Below, in pieces: positions 22,913-33,793 of a DNA stretch of 64,000 nucleotides. Every line of letters starts with the position of its first letter. Position 1 is the first letter of the stretch. The stretch covers positions 5,558,862 through 5,622,861 of the forward strand of contig SMSO01000025.1 in the NCBI GenBank assembly GCA_004764695.1, read 5' to 3'. The translations under genes and the position numbers were made by a program. This stretch comes from Schizochytrium sp. TIO01. Taxonomy: Eukaryota; Protista; Bigyra: Labyrinthulomycetes. The notes under the pieces are model-generated. The model had not been told where the DNA came from. It saw only the letters and a list, made by a program, of their open reading frames with translations, and did not search any database.

Positions 22913-24465
22913 CAAACCTCATCAGTCTTCTCCCTCGCTAGATAAGAGCAGACTGGCTGCCTAGCTGAGGAGAACTAGTCCAGGCTGTTCTCCATAAGCG
23001 CGGCATGGTCCTCAGAACCCCCTGCCTGTATCTTCCTTCCGTGGCGGCCTCCGTCTGTGAGTGGGCGCGATGGGACCACAATGCCTCGAAACGGCACCTC
23101 ACCAGAACAACAACCTTCGAGCTGACTGGCCTTCTGCTTCTTCCTTTCCCGCCATTTCCTATCTAGTTAGTTATGCCTATTATTTCCATCTATAGAAAGA
23201 AAGGAAGAACTTGAATGAAAAGAATGAAACAATGAAACAATGAAACAATGAAAGAATGAAAGAATGAAAGATTGAAGGTAGGTAATAGGATTAGTAGTAG
23301 TAGGAGTAGTAGTAGCAGGTAGGTAGCTAGTATGCTATTGCAACAGAGAGAGACTTAGCCGGTACTACTGCTGCCTATCTAAGGCACGGCAGTAGGCAGT
23401 CAGTCTCTCTATATTCTCCTCCTTGTCACGTTCAGACCTTGATGAATTTTGGCTTTAATTATACGCTCAATAGCTATGCACAACGAGGTTTCCATTGGTC
23501 CAAACTGCTGGCATTTCTTTGGGCAATCGTCGATGCAATCGGCAATCGGCATTGAGAAAGCTTTTTCTTGGGCACCGTCGATGATCTCAGAGTGAGTGAT
23601 CTTAGCGATGATGATGACTGGACTTGACATCGCTTCACGAGGAAGTTACGCTGCCGGTGTCCGTTCAAGGCCGGTTTATGGACATGCACTTGTCTGAAAG
23701 TAGCCTTGGAAGCAAGCGTGTTGCGACGAGGCTGCAGAACACTGGCTGCACTGGCGTGCGTGGCAGCTTGCAAATGGTGCGTTTGTCCATCAAGAAGATG
23801 CCACCTTTGACAACTACCCGCTTCGAGGTTGTGCCTCGTACTAGCCCTCCCGAAACCAATAGGCACCAAGCTTTAAAAGGCACTTGGAACACATCACATC
23901 ACAATAGCGGGAACAAGGAAAAGCGCTAAAGTAGTAGTCCCACCTAGCAGGATCTCTATCAGTGTCCGTTCGAGAAGTTTGGCCAATCTTCCTCTGAGCG
24001 TAAGCAAACGATTGCTTCGATGCTGTTTTATTTCAAGGCCCATGCTCAGGATATCGGTTTAGATTCTCTGAATGGATAACCAATTCGCAGCTGCGCCCCG
24101 AGCGTGGCAAGAGTGGGAAGCATATGTGGCTTGGGTAATGAACTGATTCATGAGCTTGTGGTTTTCTAGGTGGTCATGACCTAAGGTACTTTAGTTAGTT
24201 AGTGAGTTTGCTGAGGTGGCGGTGATTTATCATCTTGCAAAATAAGAACGACTAGAGTTGGAACTTACAAGGCTGGCGGTTTAGAGAGATGGATGCACAG
24301 TCTACGGGGTGGTCAAGAGTAGTAGTTGATGATTTCCAAGATGGAGACAACTTTATAATGCCAATAGATGGACACACCAAACTGCCGGGAAACAATGATT
24401 GTCTGCACCTTCAAGCAATGTGTCTTGAATAAGATAAAGGCGGGTGTATTTGCTGGTGCTCGTGA

Positions 24466-24500
<35 letters not shown>

Positions 24501-27500
24501 TTGGTAGTGGTGGTAGTGAGTGAATAGTGACACAGGCGATTTTCATGTTAGTAAATGCGCAAAGAAGAAAATCTTAAGAGACTTTACCATGTATCCAAAA
24601 CCTTTCCAAAAATAGGAACACAAGTGCGCCTAGGCTGAGCCCTAGGTTGGTACTTAACCAGGAAGAGCAGAAATAAAGCAGCTCTTGAAGAAAAGAAGTG
24701 CCAACGGAGGGCCGAACCTAAAGCATAAACTTTCTTGCCAGCTCGAATGGAACGCTCCGCGGGCCACCGCTGTAATTACTCTTTGCAAAGTGCTGTGTCG
24801 TATTCTTTTGGGAGAGAATCAAATCCTTGAAAGCCGTCTTGACTAAACTCAGTATGACAACCAAGCTAGGCAAGATGTGACAGCCCCCCCCCTAGCAGTA
24901 ACTAAGTCCTGGCATTAATAACTGCTCCTACAGTAATGACTATAAGGAAGTAAGGGATGTTAGCAGCACTATTTCGGATGGTAACGCTAACTCGCCTTAC
25001 TTCCATTGGAATACTTCTATTAGAAGGGAAGCGATGTTGAGGTTGAAATTAAGAGTGAGAACGAAACAGTATCCGGTACTTTGTAATGAACGTTATGTTC
25101 TGCCCTCCACCTGAGTCTACACCACCCTTCCCGCCTGCAACTGTGTTATATTAATTTCCAGTACATAAGAAGAAGAGTCAAGATCGAGATGGGCAACGTT
25201 CGCGAACCTGCAACAAGTAAAGATGTGTGATGATTGAGGATCATGCACCATTTTATGCAGAATAGCTCTTCTCCTTTTACAAAGATGAGAAGGGAAAATA
25301 GAGAAAGACAACAGACTTGTTCGTTTCGTATCGAAATCTCTCTGTAAATAGTTTACATATATTTCTGCAAATGCGCGCTTTCTTTCCCTCTTCATCGTGC
25401 CTTGTTTGGTGTCAGATCAAATAAAAAGTAAACATCCCTTTAAGGCATGTCTTCATCGAAAATAGGACCTCTTTGATGTACTCGAGAATGCATTTACAGA
25501 TAGCAATCCTCAATAAATCTGCATATTGTGTGTGCTCTAATTAACTATATTATGATTTGTTCCCAGTTTCAAATCAATCGAACAAATTTTGGTTATTGGT
25601 ACCGTGTGTCACTTACTCGCTGCAACTTGTTAGTCTCTCAAGCCTCGAAATTTGAGACAGCCCCTTTGCCTGCAGAAAGAGCTAGAGAGCGGCACCATTA
25701 TCGTTTAATTCTATATTTTTTATGGGTGCTATGTGTCGGCCTTTTATTCTGTAACCTCCAACCTCTAGTTGAATAGATCGTTTTAAGGGTGCGATTGCAA
25801 GCGTACATGTTTAGAAAAATGTATCCGGGTACCACTGCCCACCCTATAAATTTGCCCCAATCTTCATACTGTTGTTCTGAAAACATTCCAGCTCATACTT
25901 TATTTGGTCCCAAGGAACTCTTGCGAAGAAGACACAGAGGAAAATACAAAGTCTATATTTAAAGCAAAACAGTAAGAAGGAAGGAGCTGCATAGTAGAAT
26001 GTGGATATACAATCGTCACATAGCAAAGTAAATCAATGGCGTTAATCAATTTTAATACATGCAATAGTCCAATCTACTGCTATGTGCTGTTCTTCCAGAG
26101 ATTGCGCGTGTTTTAACGTTATAAGTACATGTGATACTAGATGAAGTATAGAAACTCCAAATTCATTCATGTTGTTCTACTACAACCATAATGATATAAA
26201 AAAAGAAAAGAAAAGATTTAATGTTCCCTATGTTCCCCGCTCTCAAAAAAAATCTGAGTAGAAAAAAAAAAAAAAAAACACTCTTAAGGAACTGGTTGAA
26301 GCAACTATTGAGTAGGTGCCCTTATGCCTTCTCAATCTTGCAACCGTGTGCTTTCCAATGCGCCAAACCAACCCAACCCTCTGCTGATATTTTATATCTA
26401 AAGCTCGTGTGTAAAACTTTCGACAATTTGTTTGTAATCAATGGTACCAGAGCCTCCTGGTGAAGGGCAATCCTCTTCTCTGGATTGAATGGTATAAGAA
26501 AATCATTTGTCTCTGCCCTTTAAAATCAGCCCTTTCTCTGACCCTAAATTGAACCCTTTTTTCATGACTACGCAATCGCAACGAGTTTATTGCTACCCAG
26601 TCGGTTAACCTTGCAAAATCTCACGATCTCTTTTAAGTAGAGAAATTGTTAATTTAAAAGCATAGACTCTAAAACCCAAAGAATTCTTGCTTACCGCCGT
26701 CTAGGTCGATCTTTGAGCACTAGAGCTATTCCCGGCTTACTTGTGCAAAACCCGCATTAATGTGTAAGATGGGACTGTTAATTTAGTGCGTACTGTACGG
26801 TCTAGTAAATCTCAAGCATTACATACACCTGGGTTGGATTGCAGAATCTAATTCTGGCTTGCAAGCACGCGATGCGTGGTATGGTATTATCGAAATACAG
26901 ATACCTTAAACGTTGATGATTCTTTTGGCCCGTGTTGATTTATGAATTTTGTTCCATATATCTAGAATATATGGGTAGAAATCATTTGTCGATCAGTAGC
27001 CATGGTACTTGGCGCACAACTTCTGCCTGCCTTTGTCACTTAAAGTCTATAATGAAGTTTATTTTTATGGCCGACCTATGGGCCTTTCCGAAATAAGCAA
27101 CAAGAAAAACGATCGCCAAGCCCTGCAGCCAGCGCTTAACCTTCCTAGTCATGCGTCAAGATATATCCATGAAACCTAAGTTAGAGCATACTTGGTAAGC
27201 TTGGTAAAGGTTATCTTTCACGGGAAACTTTTGAAGTCATATCGTTTGTTTTGAAACGGGCCGGAATCCCCCTTTTCCCATTCAACCCGCGAGAACTTGC
27301 GTGCCGAGATTTAATGTTGCAGAAGTATTTTCACGAACCGCTAATTCGAAGTTTACAATTTTGAAAAGCTGCAGCTAGATCATGATTTCTTTGATCTCAA
27401 ACCTTAATTTTCATTATATCTACTACACCTGGTTGTTGGAGAAGTTTAAATTGTTGTATTCTATCACCTTGACACCAGGTACGTAAGTTTGCATCTTTAA

Positions 27501-28419
27501 ATTTTACAAGCAAAGCACTGCCATCCGAGTTGTCGTCTGCCGCAGGCCTCTTGCATGGTGTCTCTTCGTAGTATGCTCGTATGCTTAAGTTCGGGTGTCG
27601 CGAAGCGTCCATGAGACTGCGCAACGTTCGGTAAAGTGCGGAGAAGACTCTTCGTGGCTCATTTACATCTAGTCTTGCACGCTTACTGCCCTGTGTTGTT
27701 GTTGTTTAGCACCACGAGGTTCATAACCCGAGTGTGCTCATCGAGCCTCTGCTTTCGGCACCTACTACTACGCTCTCTCCGCGTCTGGCTCAGAGTTGTG
27801 GCTTCCTATCTTTCCACTAGAGTGCGGAATCACTCGGATTCATCGCGAGAGACACGGTCTTCAGAGCGCAATTTGTTGTTTGCCTGTCTTTTTCATGTTC
27901 CACATCGATTAATTAATTTTCTAATTAACATTTTATTTATTTATTTTAATTTAAAAAGTCATAGGACCTACAGTACAACATATTTATATACAGGACCAAA
28001 CTAAGCTTTCATTCTATTCCTTCAAGTTCATTGATCCACTTCTCAAAATACGACTTACTTGCTCCTACAAGTTTTGTTGGTTGGTTGGCTTATTTTACTT
28101 CACTTTGATAAGGCTTTGTTCACTCCGTGAGTGGGCGTGTGGTACGGGCATTGGCGCCTAAAGCCTGAGTGCTTAATACACAACAAACATGAACAGTCTT
28201 TCTGCCGGATCAGAAGAGGATTTCGAGTTGGAAGTCTGAAGTTCGTTCAAGAACTTGTCCACCTGGCACAACTATTATTTTTCAGAGAATAGAGCAAATT
28301 GAGTAAAATATGAACGCTAGACTCTAATACCGAATCTATCAGTGGGCAGCTTCCTCACGCAATCGAGGCACCTGCACAGTGCTCTCGAAATGAGCAAACA
28401 TCCAACTAACCAACCAACC

Positions 28420-28490
28420 AATCAATCAATCAATACATCAATCAACACATCAATCAATACATCAATCAATACATCAATCAATACATCAAT
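28420..28490. repeat. 12-bp degenerate repeat (ATCAATCAATAC)
   Basis: Read directly from the sequence; about 6 copies. Confidence 0.85.
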
Positions 28491-29814
28491 CGACACACAA
28501 CATACAAAAATACATAAGAATACATAAAAGGAAAAGTACAAACAAACAAACAAACAAACGAACGAACACATTGAATCAAACGCCCGTGCCCACTTTGAAG
28601 CCTGAAGTTGCTCAGATTTCTTTTGTCGCTAACCAGAACTGGCTGCTGCTGCTACTACTGCTGCTAGTCCTCTCAGCAGCTTCATCAACCAACAAAAGAA
28701 AGAGTCAACTCTACTTGCGCCTCCAATTCACCATCATTCGCCATTCGTCTTTACAGTGCTTCTTTTTACTTCTGAAAAATAAATAAAAATAATATTATTA
28801 TGTCCATTTGTAAGTTCTAATTGTATAATCAAAATTAAAATTAAAAGTTTAGCAGCTTTATACCTTTTTAATAACCAAAATTAAAATTTAAAAACTTCAC
28901 CTCTTCATCTAAAACATAACACGATATGCACTGAGTCGCACATGCCACAGCCTCTCCCATCCTACCCCCCTTGGGAGAATTGAACTGCGTGCGGGGAATG
29001 AAAGAAAGGGGCGAAAGAGGAAGCAGACAGACAGACCTTCGACCCTTCTTTCGCTGTCGTCTGCGCTGCGTCGAGGCCCCATTGCGCCTCGCCGCTCTCG
29101 CCTTAGGAGCCCAGCGCGCAGAGACTGAACGTCGTCGCCGGCATGCCTCGGCCTCTTGAAGAGCAAGCACTCCTTCAAGAATAGGCTCTTCGAGGAAAGA
29201 AGAACTATTTGGCACACCATGAAAGACCTCAGTGGAAGGAGCTTAGTCGGTCGCTAGGCAGTGCTAGTGAGTGAGGGTCAACCTGTCTATGAGGTTTGCC
29301 TGGGCAAGGGGGCAGCCAGGGAGTCCTCGCGTAAGTGAAGAGTATCTAAGAAGTCGCCGCTCAGGCATATATGAAAGAGAGGGAATAGAGAGTAGAGAAT
29401 AAAAGAGAGACAAAAGAGAGGAAAGGCGCCTCTTTTAAAGAAGGCGAAGGCGGCAGTGATAATAGATGGAACACCCTCCACGGATAATGACGACGCCGGA
29501 GAGAAGAAGAGTAAAGAAGGCGCATGCTTCTTACTTAGTTGGCCGCTCGTTAGTTGGTTGGTTGGTTGGTTGGTTTGTTAGTTAGTGAGTGAGTGAGTGA
29601 GTGAGTTGATATTTAGTTGCGGAGGAGATCTTCAATACCCGCAAAGATCGCTCTGACTTTCGAGTGCTTGTTTTGGGGATTGTTGTATTTTCGTTTAACT
29701 TTTTGCGAGTTTTTGGAAATATTGGGGGAAGCGAAGCTTGAAAAGACGGTAGAATGAAAGGAAGGGAAGAGAGAAACGGAGAAATGCGAGTTAGCTCTAA
29801 AGATAGAAGATGCA

Positions 29815-29884
29815 TTGCTTTCTTGCTTTCTTGCTTTCTTGCTTTCTTGCTTTCTTGCTTTCTTGCCTTTTTGCTTTCTTGCTT
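29815..29884. repeat. 9-bp repeat (TTGCTTTCT), about 7 copies
   Basis: Read directly from the sequence. Confidence 0.9.
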
Positions 29885-31933
29885 CTGCAGAGTAGAGTAT
29901 AAAAGGATATAAGATATTATATTAATATGATAAACAGCAAACAAAAATACACAAATTAAGTAGAAACGCTGCCAAACCAAACCTCAGAAAAGGCCAAAGA
30001 CAGTTTGCTCGGAATCGCGGAAGAAGTCATTTCCACCCTTTCCACAGCAATTGCAATCGTCATTGAATCAATCGATGCACATCTGTTTTCATGGTTTCTC
30101 CGTTTCAGCCAGGAGCGCAAGTTTTTGCACATGGCATTGTGGCCACGAGGGCGCCCTCCTTGGTGCATGGATTACTCGCTCCGCCACGAACTGTGAACCA
30201 TCTCAAGGAGTGACAACAGCTACCGGGATCCAAACAGCTGTCTCGTTGGTGTTGATAGCGAGCCGCCTTTTTGAGGCCAACGCAGTAGCTAGGTATACAT
30301 GCATGCAATCACCTCTTTGATCTTGAGGCAGCCGAAGACCTCAGAGCAGAAGAACTCCGCTTCTCCCTCCGCGAACTAGCACCGGGGCAGTACTGGCTGG
30401 CCTCCTAGTACAGGGCTTGACTCGACTGGCCGACCCACCGAAGAACATCTAATGCACGCCATGGCCTCTGCCGGAGCGCTGGCATCGTGGAGGAGAAGAG
30501 GTAGATAAATATGTTTGTTTATTTGCATAGGTATATGCATGGATGTATACGGTGGAAGGCGGAGGAGAGGGAGCTCTCGAGGCAGTGAACTGAGTTTGCT
30601 TGGTCTTCCTACGCTGCGGATGGTGAAGTGGCACCCCGAAAGCTGAGTTTTGGCAACCTGGGCAAAACTCACTGATCATGAAGATTGCATTTTCACCTCC
30701 TGCTGATCAGAGAATCTTTTCCTCCTTTCCTTTCGCCTCTTCTTCTTTTCATGACATTTATTTGACTGATTCATTTAGTTATTTAGCTATTTAGTTATTT
30801 TTAATTAAATTAATTATTTGTTTGTTATTGTAACTTGCTGCTTAGAATATTAAAAATAAACTAAATAAAACAATAATAGTTTAAAAATAAAATTTTAAAA
30901 TAGCCTTGGCAAAACATGGGAACTTCATAATGGGTCATGATTTTGATTATGATGGTCCTACTAAGTGGATGAAAAGGTGGAAATTAGAGACAGAAAGAAA
31001 GCAGAAAGAGAGCAGGTGGGTGGAAAAGGAAGAAAATGAAAAAGAAAGAGAGAGAGAAAGAAAGAGAGAAAGAAAGAAAGAAAGAAAGAAAGAAAATGAA
31101 AAAGAAAGAAAGAGAGAAAGAAAGAAGTCGCTTCTTCTGCTCGAGGCAACTCCAATTCCGATTGGCGTCACGCACGCAGGCGCGGCGGCGCGAGGTCCGA
31201 GGTGGAGCGGTGCTAGAGTTCCTTTGGGCATAGCGCGGCGCCTGCCATCCCGCGGTCAGAAGGAGGAGGCAAGTGTGGACAGCGTGGTGGGTCGTCCTGT
31301 TGGCTCCTGGGCTTCCTTACGCGTAGAATTGATTCTGTCTCAACTTGAGAATCAGCATTTTTGAGGCCATTCATAGATTGGCACAGACAACTTTCTCAAG
31401 CCGTCTGAAGCATCGCGCGAACTCCGATCGCAAGCGACCTTAAGACAGACGGCCTACACGAGCTGGTGGAAAAGGGAGCGGCCTGCTAGCAGCGACGGGA
31501 AAAGCTGCTGCAACGGAGACAAGCGAAGCCTTGTAGCCTTGAGCAAAGAGACTCGGAGCCTGGTGTTGAAAGCACGTCTTACTAGAGTGAAGTAGTGGAC
31601 TTTCCTCTCCGTTAGCTCCAGGGTCTTCCGTTGCTCCTCTACATAGGGTTGGCATCGCAATTGCCTTGACGCTCGGCACAAGCGCGGGGGGTGATCTGGC
31701 CTTGTGGCGAGCACCTTTTAGGGATTGCTTCGCCTTGAGGCACGCTGTACTTTTTTGCTCTGCTCTACTGTACTTTAAGTTTTTGGCTGCAATTTTTGGG
31801 GCCGTGGACCTTGCTCTTCGCACAACGAACCAAGAGTTTCGATAGACAAACTGTCAACGTGGACGTTGGCAGTGGTGGCAAAGTAAATACTTTCACATAT
31901 TCTTAGACGGCCAGAGATAGTCAGTGAAGAGTT

Positions 31934-33793
31934 ATGTTTTCTCAAAGTGGAATGTCAGGAGCGGACGACACTGCAATTTTGCAAGGCGTGAGCCGTGCAG
32001 AGTCTGTCTGGGACCAAGATGCTGTGGCTGATGCGCTCATCTTTGTGGCATATTTTCTGATTCCAGTACAATTAATGGTAGTCTTTAAGTCAGTCAAGAT
32101 ACCCATGGTGGTCCAACGCATCCGTTTGGCATTCTTCTCGTTCATTTTGAGCTGTGGTGTCACTCACCTCTTGGCCACAATGCCGCACTCTTGGACCTGG
32201 CTTCCCAGCATCATGGCTCTCAGCAAGTGGTCTTGCGCTCTTGTCTCCCTCTCCACGGCCGTATTTTTGCACATCCATTTCATTGACGTGCGTGAACTCC
32301 TGCGTCAAGGTTCAGAACTTGAAAAGGAGATTGCACAAAGCCGAGCTGCTCTGATCGACATGCACAAGAGGCACTCCAAGCTCGGCCGTCAACATGAGGA
32401 GGCGCTTCGTCTCGCCAGAGCCAAATCTGATTTCGTCGCCACCATGTCTCATGAAACGCGCACCCCTTTGTGGAGCATTATAGGGTTTGCCGATATTCTT
32501 GACGGCACGAAACTCACAGACTGGCAGAGGGAGCATGTCTCGGGAATCCAAAAGAGTGCTTCGCATTTGCTTTGCCTCATCAACGACGTACTTGACTGCA
32601 CGCGCCTTGAGCATGTCGAGTACACTCTTGAAAAGGCGCCCTTTTCTTTGCCCGCCTGTCTTAACACTGTCAAGTCCATGATGGAAATCCCTGCTAAGGA
32701 AAACGGGGTGCGCCTTTGCATGGATGTTGATAATCCGGGAATCAACCAGGTGGTTCTTTCTGACGAACGTCGTCTCACGCAGGTGCTGACAAACATCACT
32801 TCGAACGCCATAAAGTTCACCCCGCGAAACGGCAAGGTCACATTCAGAGCAAGTGTAGTCTCTGCATCGTATGTACAAGCTCTCCGTAAGGACCCAAGTA
32901 TTCATGCGGCACATCCACACCTCGCAGAGCCCCTACCCTCATCACGCTTTTTTGTTTTTTCTGTGCAAGACTCCGGCGTTGGCATTGAATCAAGTAAGAT
33001 CCCAATCATTTTTGATCGCTTCATGCAAGCAGATAACTCTATTGAACGTAAGTATGGCGGTACAGGCCTCGGACTCTCCATTTGCAAAGTTCTGGTTGAC
33101 AAAATGCTAGGTGGCATTTTTGTGCGCAGTTCCCCACAAGCAGGATCAACCTTTATTGTCTGCATTCCAAGTGATGCTCTTTCTCCAAGTCCGCCCTCCA
33201 CACAAGTTGCTCGCCCTCAAGTCGTTCTAGATAAACGTATAGCAGACGCGCAAGAGAAGGTCAGCCGTCGCAGACAGCTTATCGGGTCGCCAAGACAAAG
33301 CTCTATCTCTGCGCCAGTTTCAACAGCAACAACGCCATCGTCGACCTCTTCAGGTTTATCTAGCTCCAGTTCTACTATTGGCGCGGTCTCCCCACCGAGC
33401 CAGCAACATAGTTCTGTAGAAGAGAACTTGCCCATTCTGGTTGCAGAAGATAATGAAACTAATCAGCTCATCATGAAGCGGATGATGCAGCAGCTCGGGT
33501 ACAAGAATGTTACTTTCGTTGCAAACGGCAAGGAAGCTGTCGAACACGTTATGACGCATCAAGATCTCAAGTGTATCTTTTTGGACATCCACATGCCGGT
33601 CATGGATGGCATCCGCGCTTGCCAGGCCATTCGTTCTATTCCTGGATGCGGTGAGCAATTTTGGATCATGGCTCTCACCGCAGATTCAAGTCAGGAATTT
33701 CTCTCTCTCGGTTTTGATGATCATATCTTGAAACCTTGTAGGAAAGAGCAGCTGCACCAGTCAATTATTCGTCGGCCTGATGCTTACGTCTAA
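31934..33793 (+). CDS. Hybrid sensor histidine kinase with ETR1-type ethylene-binding transmembrane domain (EBD-HisKA-HATPase-REC, no GAF)
   Basis: The N-terminus ADALIFVAYFLIP...FFSFILSCGVTHL...SKWSCALVSLSTA matches the ethylene receptor TM1-3 pattern. Kinase boxes: H-box SHETRTPL, N-box QVLTNITSNAIKFT, G1 VQDSGVGI, F-box FDRFMQAD, G2 GGTGLGL. Receiver: AEDN...LDIHMPVMDG...ALTA...KP. Confidence 0.93.
   Translation: MFSQSGMSGADDTAILQGVSRAESVWDQDAVADALIFVAYFLIPVQLMVVFKSVKIPMVVQRIRLAFFSFILSCGVTHLLATMPHSWTWLPSIMALSKWSCALVSLSTAVFLHIHFIDVRELLRQGSELEKEIAQSRAALIDMHKRHSKLGRQHEEALRLARAKSDFVATMSHETRTPLWSIIGFADILDGTKLTDWQREHVSGIQKSASHLLCLINDVLDCTRLEHVEYTLEKAPFSLPACLNTVKSMMEIPAKENGVRLCMDVDNPGINQVVLSDERRLTQVLTNITSNAIKFTPRNGKVTFRASVVSASYVQALRKDPSIHAAHPHLAEPLPSSRFFVFSVQDSGVGIESSKIPIIFDRFMQADNSIERKYGGTGLGLSICKVLVDKMLGGIFVRSSPQAGSTFIVCIPSDALSPSPPSTQVARPQVVLDKRIADAQEKVSRRRQLIGSPRQSSISAPVSTATTPSSTSSGLSSSSSTIGAVSPPSQQHSSVEENLPILVAEDNETNQLIMKRMMQQLGYKNVTFVANGKEAVEHVMTHQDLKCIFLDIHMPVMDGIRACQAIRSIPGCGEQFWIMALTADSSQEFLSLGFDDHILKPCRKEQLHQSIIRRPDAYV

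Noticed and set aside
23409-23929. Cluster of short ORFs in coding-like sequence
   Set aside because: No frame gives a recognisable motif; cannot be supported without a search.
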